Source of the DNA: Candidatus Sulfomarinibacteraceae bacterium
Lineage (GTDB): Bacteria > Acidobacteriota > Thermoanaerobaculia > Thermoanaerobaculales > Sulfomarinibacteraceae
DNA length: 64,000 bases
NCBI GenBank assembly: GCA_963796455.1
Contig: CAWCLO010000004.1
Coordinates: 416,001 to 480,000 of the forward strand
Direction: 5' to 3'
This document shows, one piece after another, positions 39,358 through 48,332 of the stretch. The first letter of the stretch is position 1; every line of letters starts with the position of its first letter. The notes under the pieces were generated by a model. That model was not told where the DNA came from. It saw only the letters and a program-made list of their open reading frames with translations, and made no database searches. The position numbers and the translations under genes are program-made.

Positions 39358-40884
39358 TCAGTCCTTGCGGTAGATGGGATAGAGGTCTTCGGGCACGTTC
39401 TCATACTCGAGTTTGCTGAGGTCTGCGGGGCCCAATCCCGGTGCGTCGATCTCGATGATGGCTCCGGCCAGCCCGGTCTCGTGAAAGCCTCTCCTGAAAT
39501 GCACTCTGGTCTTGAGGGAGATGATTTCGCAGTCGGAGAGAGCGATATCGAGGCTGTCGAAGATCCCCCTCGTCGTGACCTGATGAAGCTCCGGGGTGAT
39601 GATGATCCTGTTGTTCCGGTCCAAAAGCAGTACTGCGATCTGATCGAAATGACCGTACTCTCCGAGGTATTCGATGGTGCCGTGGAGAGGCACCGGGTTG
39701 CCGGCGTATTCATCTGCATACCCTCCCACCTCCACCGAGACCTCGTCGCCCACCGCGGATTTTTCGGCGATGATTTCGAGGGCCCTGTGGTCGGAGATCG
39801 TGGCGATGCAGAAATTTTCGGCCTGTTGCTTGATGAGCGCTTCGAGGATGTGGGTCGAGTTCCCGGTCCGATCGGCGTGATCCGCGATCACAACCGGGGT
39901 TTTGCCCGCCTTGGCTGCGCTGATCGCCTTGGCGACGCCCTCGACGGTTTTGGGGAGCACGCGGCCTGCGAAATCGGCGCGGACCCTCCAGATGTATTCG
40001 GCCATGTCGTCGGCTATGCGGTCGGCCAACTCCTGATCGTCATTGGTCATGACACTCACCGTCGCTCCTGCGTCGGGAACGTCGGCGTACGCGAATCCGA
40101 AAAAGACCGAGACAAATGCATCAGGCGTCCGACACTCCCATCGTCTTGCGCGTTCCATGATGTCTCGGGCCGGGGAAACCCCGGTTCCCTGATAGACACT
40201 CGGGGTGATCACGCCGGGCTTCCTGGTGGCTTTGGTGGGTTTGTAGGTGCCGCGGATGACGCGTAGGAGGTATCGCGCGGCCCGTTCGCCCTGCAATCGA
40301 GCATCGTAGTGTGGATATCGCTTCACGGTGAAGGTGCCGTCCGCGACCTCGAGAAACTCCTGGTCCTCGTTGCCGTGCAGATCGAAGGTCGCGACGATCG
40401 GGATGTCCCCGACAACCGCCCGCACCCGACGCGCGATCTCGGCCTCGGGTCTTGGGACGCCGGTCACCGCCATCGCTCCATGCAGGGCGAGAAAGACCCC
40501 GTCGAAAGGGCCGTTTTCTTTCAGATCTCTGACGATGCCACCGGTATATTTGTCAAAAGCCTCTTTGGTAATCCAGCTGCCCGACGACCCCCCGACCGCG
40601 TTGCGCGGCGACAGGATCCCAACGAGTTCCACGCCTTGAAATTCCCGAATCTGTCCCACAAAGCCTCGAATATATGACCCGCTCTCGAGTACCGCGTCGC
40701 CTCGGACCGGTGGACCATAGAATTCCCATTCTTCGATTCCGGTGGGTCGTGGACAGAAGGTGCAGGTCTCGTGAGAAAAGGCGGCGACGCCGATTCTCAC
40801 GGCATTCGGGATCTCAGCCTCGCCAGACCACGACGCAAAGGGAAGGATGAGCGAGAGCACGACGGTGATGACGGCACACTTCAT
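39358..40884 (-). CDS. M81 family metallopeptidase (MlrC-like), secreted
   Basis: HET.TF, LALHGAM, DLHGN, YPH.D, D..D..G, K..VHFR.GF. Confidence 0.9.
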   Translation of the reverse strand: MKCAVITVVLSLILPFASWSGEAEIPNAVRIGVAAFSHETCTFCPRPTGIEEWEFYGPPVRGDAVLESGSYIRGFVGQIREFQGVELVGILSPRNAVGGSSGSWITKEAFDKYTGGIVRDLKENGPFDGVFLALHGAMAVTGVPRPEAEIARRVRAVVGDIPIVATFDLHGNEDQEFLEVADGTFTVKRYPHYDARLQGERAARYLLRVIRGTYKPTKATRKPGVITPSVYQGTGVSPARDIMERARRWECRTPDAFVSVFFGFAYADVPDAGATVSVMTNDDQELADRIADDMAEYIWRVRADFAGRVLPKTVEGVAKAISAAKAGKTPVVIADHADRTGNSTHILEALIKQQAENFCIATISDHRALEIIAEKSAVGDEVSVEVGGYADEYAGNPVPLHGTIEYLGEYGHFDQIAVLLLDRNNRIIITPELHQVTTRGIFDSLDIALSDCEIISLKTRVHFRRGFHETGLAGAIIEIDAPGLGPADLSKLEYENVPEDLYPIYRKD

Positions 40885-41021
40885 AAAAACCCCCAGACGA
40901 TCAGCCCGATGATCTTATCCCTTCGATCGGCGGGGTGTCAGCAGGTCGGCGGTCTGAGCGAGGATTTGAAAGCAAGACCGGCGAAGTTCCCGTGGGTGAT
41001 GCAGACCGCCACGGCAAGGGG

Positions 41022-41444
41022 TCATCCAGTTTTCAGTTCGTGCTTCAACGTCCTGTCGATGGCCCACAGGATCTTGTCGATCAGCAGCTGCTGTTCGAAG
41101 ACCGTCTCCATCATCACCTTCAGTGGCAATAGCCGAACATGTGACGCGGCGTCCAGATTGACCGTCTTCATCGACCAGTCGGGGAAGCGGCGCTCCTGAA
41201 TGTCCTGCTCGAGATTGAGCACCACGAGATCGGTGTGGCGCGAATCGGCTGCAATCGCTCCATAGATCTGATCCACCGCCTCGGCGGGGCCTTCCAGAAT
41301 CTGAAAAAAGATGCCACCGGAGGTCATCAAGACTCCGGTGACCCCGGCTTTCTGGTTTTTCTCGGCTGCGAGTCTGCCGAGATCGTCGAGTTCTGTTTCG
41401 GAGAAGGGTTTCGCAAAACGACTGACATAGGTGATTTGTTTCAT
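41022..41444 (-). CDS. Stand-alone BLUF-domain blue-light sensor
   Basis: Y.S, N, TG.L, FFQ.LEG, D.RH, R.FP.W.M; the essential Tyr, Gln and Met are present. Confidence 0.93.
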   Translation of the reverse strand: MKQITYVSRFAKPFSETELDDLGRLAAEKNQKAGVTGVLMTSGGIFFQILEGPAEAVDQIYGAIAADSRHTDLVVLNLEQDIQERRFPDWSMKTVNLDAASHVRLLPLKVMMETVFEQQLLIDKILWAIDRTLKHELKTG

Positions 41445-41510
41445 ATACTTCGGATCCTAACGGTCACCGCGCCGAAGGTCAACGGACGGGGGTATGATCG
41501 CCGATGCGCC

Positions 41511-42127
41511 GGTGATCGATCGACGGGCGTTTCCTTCTGATCTCGACCGATGACGGAGGCCGGACCTGGAGCGAACTGCCGTGGTCTTCCAGACCTGAAG
41601 CGATCAAGGGTGAGGCAAACTTTGCCGCATCGGGGACCTGTCTGACGGTGCACGGTGAGAATGCGGTCTTCTTTGGTACCGGCGGTCCCGCGGCGAGGGT
41701 TTTTCGTTCGGGAGATGGCGGAGCCTCATGGGACGTCAGCCCGACCCCGGTGCGTTCCGGCGAGCCGTCGCAGGGAGTGTTTTCAGTGCATCTTCTGGAC
41801 GAAGCAAGGGGTGTCGTCGTCGGTGGTGACTATCGGGACGAACCGAATCCCGCCTCGACCGCCGCTGTCACGACGGATGGGGGAGTGACCTGGAAGCCCG
41901 CCTCGAGCCCTCCGTCAGGATTCCGTGAGTGTGTCGTTCCACTGTCAGGAAGCTATTCCGACCATTTGATGGCGGTTGGGCCGGCCGGGACAGATGTGTC
42001 CTTTGATGGAGGATCCACTTGGGAACGGGTCGGTGAGGGACAATTGCACGCCGTTGGATTCAGCCGCGACGGTACAACCGGGATCGCAGTTGGTGTCGAC
42101 GGACTGATCTGTCGCTGGCGTCATTGA
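41511..42127 (+). pseudogene. 5'-truncated BNR/Asp-box beta-propeller gene
   Basis: Frame is open from 41516 (IDGRFLLISTDDGGRTW..GEANFAASGTC..S.DGG.SW repeats) but has no start or signal peptide. An in-frame TGA sits at 41513, and there is no room for the N-terminal half before the BLUF gene. Confidence 0.65.
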
Positions 42128-42140
42128 CGATGCGAAAACC

Positions 42141-42158
42141 ACCCGCCACATGGCGGGT
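42141..42158. terminator. Hairpin between convergent genes
   Basis: ACCCGCCA-CA-TGGCGGGT, followed by GGTTTT on the minus strand. Confidence 0.45.
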
Positions 42159-42225
42159 GATATCTATCACGGACGGATTGCCCGAAACCACGAGGGAGGA
42201 TTTCACTTCCTCCTCGGAGGAGCTC

Positions 42226-42330
42226 TCATGCCGTCTTGGCAGCCTTTTTGGCGGCCTTCGCCTTTTTCTTCTCCTTGGTGGAGAGTTTGGGTTTGTTGGA
42301 CTTTTCTTTCTTGACTTGACCCTTGGCCAT
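42226..42330 (-). CDS. Small Lys-rich protein (34 aa)
   Basis: AAAGGAGG RBS 8 nt before ATG; MAKGQVKKEKSNKPKLSTKEKKKAKAAKKAAKTA*; hairpins downstream. Confidence 0.75.
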   Translation of the reverse strand: MAKGQVKKEKSNKPKLSTKEKKKAKAAKKAAKTA

Positions 42331-42491
42331 GATTACAGCCTCCTTTGCCGGCGATCGATTGATTTTTGTGAGAAATCGACGAATGCCTGTGACCCGTACT
42401 GTACACCGTCGAGCCGCCGAATGGGTGGAAGCGGCCGCAGTACACTGGGCTGGTACTCGAGTCCGGTCTATTCAGTTGAAGGGATTTCATC

Positions 42492-43025
42492 ATGAAATTG
42501 AATTCGATGGCAGGGTCCGTCGCGCTCGCTGCCGCCACGTTTGTCGCGTTTTCGGCGTCCGCCGAATCGTCATTGCCCGCCGTAGGATCCGCAGCACCAC
42601 CAATAGAATTGACTGCGGGAGATGGAAGCAGCCGATCGCTGGCGTCCATCGATGGTCCCAGGATATTGATCTTCTATCGGGGTCTCTGGTGACCATTCTG
42701 TCGTGGTCAGCTCGGTGAGCTGCAGAAAAACCTGACGGCGTTTGCAGAAGTCGATGCGGAAATCTGGGCGATCAGTCCGGATCCGGCAGAAAAACTCGCG
42801 GAGTATGCGGCGAAAGAGGGAATTGATTTCGCGCTGCTGACGGACTCGGATCTCACTGTCATCAAAGGCTGGGGACTGATCAATGCCTCGAACTCCAAGG
42901 TCCCGCATCCGACCGCGGTCATTGTGGATTCAGATGGCGTCATCCGCTATTTCCGACAGGATGTGGACTATAAGCAGCGACCGTCGGTTGACGAACTTCT
43001 GGAGGCGCTCGCCAATCTCGACTAG
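42492..43025 (+). CDS. Peroxiredoxin-like (AhpC/TSA) selenoprotein, UxxC motif, with signal peptide
   Basis: FYRGLW-UGA-PFC, then 110 further sense codons with thioredoxin-fold motifs (WAISPD, F.LLTD, HP..VIVD.DG.IRY, RP..ELL). A hairpin follows the UGA. Confidence 0.9.
42696..42727 (+). promoter_or_regulatory. Candidate bacterial SECIS element
   Basis: CAGCTC-GGT-GAGCTG apical stem-loop; the loop G lies 21 nt after the UGA; lower pairing TTCTG/CAGAA. Confidence 0.65.
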
Positions 43026-43735
43026 CTTTCGTTTTGAGCGAAATCGAGGTAGGCGCAGATCGCATAGATATAGACGATAACGCCCGTCATTTCGGCGGTT
43101 TCTTCGAGGATTATCGAGACATCAGTCAGTACACCGCCACCATAGGAGTCGTAGAAATAACCACCGAACATTTCGATGACGATGGCTCCGAGGATGTAGG
43201 TGCATGCCGCGATCATGACCAACCGAAATGTCCTTTGGGGAAGACGGCGTAGAAAAGGCGTGAAGGCCAGGCCGAGCACGAGGACGATCGCGATGCCCGG
43301 AATCACCCAGGTCCAATAAAGAAGCCCTCCCGCGTCAAAAGCTTCTCTGAGCGGTTCGGTCGAACGCTCATGTATGGCGAGGATTTCATCCATCGCCATA
43401 TAAAGGAAAATAACAGTCAACGCCAACCAGGCGCGCTGGAAGGGGCGTTGTTTCCGGACCGAAAAACGCCACGCGTGGAAATTTACAAAGGATGCCCCGA
43501 CAAGCAGCAGCGAGTTGTAAAAGGCCGGGAAGTTGAACTCACCATTGTGATCGAAAAACAGCAGGAATGAGACGATTGCCGACTCACGATTGATACCTAA
43601 GAAAAGCAGCCCGCCATGGAGCAGGTTGATTGCTGCGAGCACGACCACCGGAATCGCTAACGCAATAACAAGGGTACGACCCGAAACGGTAAAGAGCCGT
43701 TCAAAATACGAATCGTTGGTATCAGCTGCAATCAC
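43022..43735 (-). CDS. Multi-TM membrane protein of unknown function
   Basis: E.NFP.FYN, DE..IHE, WV.PG, E..GG, EE..EM.G pattern; stop overlaps the selenoprotein stop. Confidence 0.75.
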   Translation of the reverse strand: MIAADTNDSYFERLFTVSGRTLVIALAIPVVVLAAINLLHGGLLFLGINRESAIVSFLLFFDHNGEFNFPAFYNSLLLVGASFVNFHAWRFSVRKQRPFQRAWLALTVIFLYMAMDEILAIHERSTEPLREAFDAGGLLYWTWVIPGIAIVLVLGLAFTPFLRRLPQRTFRLVMIAACTYILGAIVIEMFGGYFYDSYGGGVLTDVSIILEETAEMTGVIVYIYAICAYLDFAQNES

Positions 43736-43822
43736 AAATGCCCCCCAAAAGAATCACAAGAATCAAATGTACATCAATACATGATTCAAACGGCAATCAT
43801 CCGGAACAATCAGGCCGCAGGG

Positions 43823-44653
43823 TTAAGAATCGTTTTTTGTCGAAATCGAGGCAATTTCTTCTTCGAGCTCCTCGCAGCGCTCCAGGGCTTTCTCGATCTC
43901 GCGCTCGAGAAAAATCGCTCGCTCGACCTTCGCCGAAAATATAGGTCCCATCAAAGAGTGGTAAAGACCTTCGTGGAGGCCCACGATGAACTCCACGAGC
44001 TGGCGGGCATGTCGATTCGAGCGCCGACTGAGGCTGTCTGGCCGGATCTCATAGTGGATCAGGGACTCTGCGATGACACGGGTTGTCCAGCCCGCCGCCA
44101 CGATCGAGATCCAATGCTCCCAGTCCTCATAGCCGCCCAGTTCGGCGTTATAGGAATTGACTGATTCGGACGCGGACCGGCGGAAGGTCGATGCCGATTG
44201 AATCTGGTTGGTGGCCAGGATGTCTTCGAGGCCGAATTCCTCCGGCCGCCATTCTCCCTGGCGTTGCCCCTCAAAGCGAACCCACGCTGAGACGATTCCG
44301 ACCGCCGGGTCGGAATCAAACTTCGTTTTTGCCAACTCGAGATAGCGTGGTTCCACCCAGTCATCACCATCCAGGCACAGAACGTAGGGACCGTTCGTCA
44401 GTGCCAGACCGACATTTCGGGCATTCCCTACACCACGTTGTTCGGCGAGCCTTTCAATTCTGACGTGCGGCTCGAGTTCCTTCAATGATTGGAGGGTTTC
44501 CGCATCCTGCGAGGCATCGTCGACCACGACCAGGTCGATTCCTGGGAGAGTCTGATTCTTGATGCTCTCGACCGCGCGTTCCACCCTGTTCCCGACCCCA
44601 AACGACGTGATCACCGCGCTGAAGTCTGAATCCGGTGACACGAGCGACCTCAC
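43823..44653 (-). CDS. Glycosyltransferase family 2
   Basis: VVVDDASQD, G..ARN.G, LDGDD, EDWE.W. Confidence 0.9.
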   Translation of the reverse strand: MRSLVSPDSDFSAVITSFGVGNRVERAVESIKNQTLPGIDLVVVDDASQDAETLQSLKELEPHVRIERLAEQRGVGNARNVGLALTNGPYVLCLDGDDWVEPRYLELAKTKFDSDPAVGIVSAWVRFEGQRQGEWRPEEFGLEDILATNQIQSASTFRRSASESVNSYNAELGGYEDWEHWISIVAAGWTTRVIAESLIHYEIRPDSLSRRSNRHARQLVEFIVGLHEGLYHSLMGPIFSAKVERAIFLEREIEKALERCEELEEEIASISTKNDS

Positions 44654-44710
44654 TTTCTTTCGGTCTCTTCCATGATGGAATTGAAGGCGGTGACGACAGC
44701 GCCTGGTAGC

Positions 44711-45253
44711 TCAGCCTTCCTTCAAGTGCGAGTCATCCATCTTGAAATAGCTCATCTCCTGGGCGGTGGATTTCACGAAAACATATTGTGGTCGGGTCTC
44801 GAAGCTGAAAATCGGTTGAACTGTCGGGAGGGTCCCGTAGATTTCGTTCAGCGTGCTCTCTGTCGGCATCGCGACGTTTTCGATCCTCCAGTTGGTGATC
44901 CGGTGGTTGCGGGTCATCATGACGAAGCACTCCCGGGTACTGGGCAGTGGGGCTTCGTTGATCAGCCAACGAACGCAACGTTCGAATTCGTCCGCGATCA
45001 GATCCCTGGTCAGGCTCCCGCCGACCGAATCGCTGACGTCTCCGAGGATCTTCGAAACACTCTCGATCATGGATTGAAACGAGGGAGTTTTGGGGCCCAT
45101 GGGAGAACCGATGGTCAGGTTCGAGCTCGAAACCTCACTTCCGATCGTGGCCTTCTCGAGAAATTTCTCCGCCAACTGACGCTGTTTCTCCGGCGAGAAT
45201 CGTTTCATCGAGTGGCCAAAGAAGTTCTTTTTCGGCGGTCGGTAGTAGTACAT
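44711..45253 (-). CDS. Hypothetical protein
   Basis: ATG-started 180-aa ORF, co-oriented with the GT2 gene; no family recognised. Confidence 0.65.
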   Translation of the reverse strand: MYYYRPPKKNFFGHSMKRFSPEKQRQLAEKFLEKATIGSEVSSSNLTIGSPMGPKTPSFQSMIESVSKILGDVSDSVGGSLTRDLIADEFERCVRWLINEAPLPSTRECFVMMTRNHRITNWRIENVAMPTESTLNEIYGTLPTVQPIFSFETRPQYVFVKSTAQEMSYFKMDDSHLKEG

Positions 45254-45680
45254 CGGGCCCCCGTTTTCTCGTGAGCGACCCTACCATCATAGCCCTGGTT
45301 GTCAGGCAGGTCTGCGGGGCTTTCCGATTTTCAAGGGAGGCGTAGAATTGTGTCTACAAAGGCTGTCACAAATGACCGATTCTCGCGAAGACTCGTCTCA
45401 AAAACCACAACATCGTTCAGACGTAGGGCGGAGCAAAAGAGTTCTCCTATCCTGGGACGGAGCGGTACGGATGGTCGGCGATCGGTTCTTCATATGGGAC
45501 ATGGCCCTGCTGTGGTGGATCTCGTGATGGTTGGCGAGCCGGGTCTGTCCGAGGCGTTGAAAACGATGTGAACGAATTCTCGGCGGTGTATCCCGAAGCG
45601 ACTCGACCATTTGTCTCCCGCGCTTGGTCGAGTTATCAATCTCTGGGATCGACGCTGGAATCTCAGTCCAAGGGGGAACG

Positions 45681-47954
45681 ATGAATATTCGGTCTATGAT
45701 TTTCCGTTGTATTTGTGGGGCGGTCATGTGCGGGTGGACTACGGTTGCGATGGGGGAGGAACCCGACGAAGTGACCACAGCAAATTGGGAGCTCGCGTCC
45801 CGGTGGAGCCCCGACAAAATCATGGGCCGGGTCTTCAGCCGCGACGTGCAACCTCATTGGATCAAAAACAGCGACCGATTTTGGTACCGGTTCGAGACCT
45901 CCACAGGGATTCGGTACTGGCTTGTCGATCCGGCGGCTGCGACCAGGGAGCCGCTTTTCGATCACGATCGACTGGCTTTGATGCTCGGTGAGGCCACCGG
46001 CACCGACCAGGATACAAACCGTCTGGACCTTCTGGACCTTGAGTTTGATTCCGAGCTTTCGGGGCTGCGATTCACCCAGGGTGAACAGCGATTCGAATAC
46101 CGGCCGGAGGATCATTCGCTGAGTTCGATCGAGCTGGAACCACCAGCCCCCGAGTGGTGCAGCGTTTCGCCGGATGGATCCACTTGCGTCTTTGCTCGCG
46201 GTCAAAACCTCTACGCGCTTCCATTGATTCCAGCCGGGGCGGAGGAAGTGCAGTTAACAGACGACGGCGTGCGTGGTTGGTCGTGGGGAGATCCCTGGGA
46301 GCTGATTGAGGAAGAGAATCAGGCTCCTCGGAAAGTCCCGGTCGTGTGGTCGCCTGATTCGGATTTTATCGCCATGCAACGAGCGGATTCTCGAGCCGTT
46401 GCTGAGTTGTGGAACGTGGATCATCTTGCCGGCCCGCGGCCGACGCTCCAGACCTTCAAATATCCGATGCCGGGTGAAGATGTACCTCAGTGGCAGGTGT
46501 GGGTGATCAATGTTTCGCGAACGACCGCTTTGCAGGTCGATACAGCCCGTTGGCCGGACCAGACGATGGAGGAGTTTTTTGTCCGCCCTCTTTGGTGGAG
46601 CAACGATTCGAGCTCCCTCTTTTTCTTCCGGCGTTCGCGGGACTACCAAAAACTGGATCTCTGCGCCGTCGACCCCAAGACTGGGAAGAGCCGCGTCCTG
46701 GTCGAGGAACGGCTCGACGGCATGGTCTACACGCGACCCTGGTTCGAGCTGTCAGACGGTCGTTTTTTATGGTGGTCGATTCGCGACGGATGGGGTCACT
46801 ACGGTATCTACAGCGCCGACGGATCGTTGGAGAGAGCTCTCACCCGGGGTGCTTTCAATATCGAGGAAGTGGCCGGTGTCGACGAGGCCGAAGGCTTCGT
46901 TTTTCTGGCAGCGAATGGTCGCGAAAAGGACTGCAACCCCTACTACCACCACCTCTACCGGGTTGGATTCGATGGTGCGGAGCCAAGACTACTAACCCCT
47001 GAGAATGCCGATCACAGCGTGGTCATGGCTCCTTCCAGCTCCTACTTCGTGGATCGGATCTCGAGGGTGGACCAGCCGACCCGGTCTGTCGTCAGGAATG
47101 CGGACGGCGAGCATGTGCTCGAACTCGAAACCGCGGATCTGAGCGCCCTGGAGGGTGCAGGGTGGCAACCGCCGGAAATCTTCAACGTCAGCTCAGCCGA
47201 CGGGACCACGGAGCAGTGGGGTGTCATGTGGAAACCCTTCGACTTCGATCCTCAAAAAAGATACCCGATCGTCACAAAGGTCTATCCGGGGAGGATGGAC
47301 GAATATATTCCAAAACGGTTCCAACCCATCGACACCGAGACTGCGCTCTCCCAACTGGGCTCCATCGTCGTTCGTTTTGGCAATCGGGGTGGATCCAGAT
47401 TTCGAGGTCTGGCCTATCGTGAGTTTGCTCGCGATCAATTCAGGGACTACGGTCTTGCCGACAAGAGGGCCGTGATCGAAGAGCTCGCTGGCCGGTTTGA
47501 TTTCATAGACGGAAGCCGGGTTGGAATCTACGGCGGCTCCTCAGGTGGTTTCATGACTGTATCGGCGATGCTGGTTCATCCGGACTTTTTCAAGGTCGGT
47601 GTCGCCATGAACGGCCCCCACGACCCGTCGATCCAATCGGTGGAATGGGTCGAACGCTATGCCGGCGTCGAACGGGTCCAGCGAGAAAACGGCTCGGCGC
47701 GGTGGCAACCGGCCGAGGTCTCTTCAAATCTCGAAATCGCCGATCAGCTCGAAGGCCGGCTCCTGTTGCTCCACGGGACTCAGGACGAGATCGTGCCCTT
47801 GGCCCAGCATTTTCGAATGATTGATGCCTTCGTCAGAGCCGACAAGAGGGTGGATCAGTTCATCATCCCCGGCGCTGCACACGGTTTGCCGTGGCGGTAT
47901 ACCTATCGTCTGGTGTGGGGCTACTTTGCAGAACACCTCATCGAACAGGAATAG
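45681..47954 (+). CDS. S9 family peptidase (DPP IV-like), secreted
   Basis: Propeller N-terminus (WSPDS, YPMPG), GIYGGSSGG nucleophile, HGTQDE.V, C-terminal His (GAAHG). Confidence 0.9.
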   Translation: MNIRSMIFRCICGAVMCGWTTVAMGEEPDEVTTANWELASRWSPDKIMGRVFSRDVQPHWIKNSDRFWYRFETSTGIRYWLVDPAAATREPLFDHDRLALMLGEATGTDQDTNRLDLLDLEFDSELSGLRFTQGEQRFEYRPEDHSLSSIELEPPAPEWCSVSPDGSTCVFARGQNLYALPLIPAGAEEVQLTDDGVRGWSWGDPWELIEEENQAPRKVPVVWSPDSDFIAMQRADSRAVAELWNVDHLAGPRPTLQTFKYPMPGEDVPQWQVWVINVSRTTALQVDTARWPDQTMEEFFVRPLWWSNDSSSLFFFRRSRDYQKLDLCAVDPKTGKSRVLVEERLDGMVYTRPWFELSDGRFLWWSIRDGWGHYGIYSADGSLERALTRGAFNIEEVAGVDEAEGFVFLAANGREKDCNPYYHHLYRVGFDGAEPRLLTPENADHSVVMAPSSSYFVDRISRVDQPTRSVVRNADGEHVLELETADLSALEGAGWQPPEIFNVSSADGTTEQWGVMWKPFDFDPQKRYPIVTKVYPGRMDEYIPKRFQPIDTETALSQLGSIVVRFGNRGGSRFRGLAYREFARDQFRDYGLADKRAVIEELAGRFDFIDGSRVGIYGGSSGGFMTVSAMLVHPDFFKVGVAMNGPHDPSIQSVEWVERYAGVERVQRENGSARWQPAEVSSNLEIADQLEGRLLLLHGTQDEIVPLAQHFRMIDAFVRADKRVDQFIIPGAAHGLPWRYTYRLVWGYFAEHLIEQE

Positions 47955-48020
47955 AAACAGGGCGCGCATCCGGTTTCGCTCCGCCTCCGCCCCTCCGTTT
48001 TAAAGTGGTATGGGGGGTCG

Positions 48021-48297
48021 ATGTCTCTACAAAAAACCCTTGTCGTGCTCATTTCCATTTTTGCCCTCAACACACCCGTTTTCGCGGCGGCCCCAATGAA
48101 CGGCCGATGTGTCGAGCTGGAGACACGGAGCGGAGACGGTCACCTATCTCGTCGGAGTCTGGGTTTCGGACCAGAAAAGCAAGACGGGCCGGAGAATGGT
48201 CAAATACGAGTGGGAGGGAGCGATCGAGGGTGAGTTCTTTCGCTTCAATTGTTCGACCATCAAAAAGGACTACGAAGGCGACTATCCGATGGACTAG
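48021..48297 (+). CDS. Small secreted hypothetical protein, probably frameshifted near 48099
   Basis: Signal peptide MSLQKTLVVLISIFALNTPVFA in one frame; globular-looking TADVSSWRHG..YEWEGAIEGEFFRFNC..DYPMD* in the +1 frame. Confidence 0.5.
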
Positions 48298-48332
48298 ACA
48301 TCGGATTGAGGTCTGCGCGTGAGGGGCCGTGG

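Noticed and set aside
39348..39719. N-terminal extensions of the cyanophycinase ORF (to 39719) and the cytidylyltransferase ORF (to 57713)
   Set aside because: They overlap upstream genes; internal ATGs at 39347 and 57545 give proper starts.
45254..45680. ncRNA or small gene in the 430-bp intergenic gap
   Set aside because: No recognisable RNA motif, RBS-supported ORF or strong repeat was found by eye.
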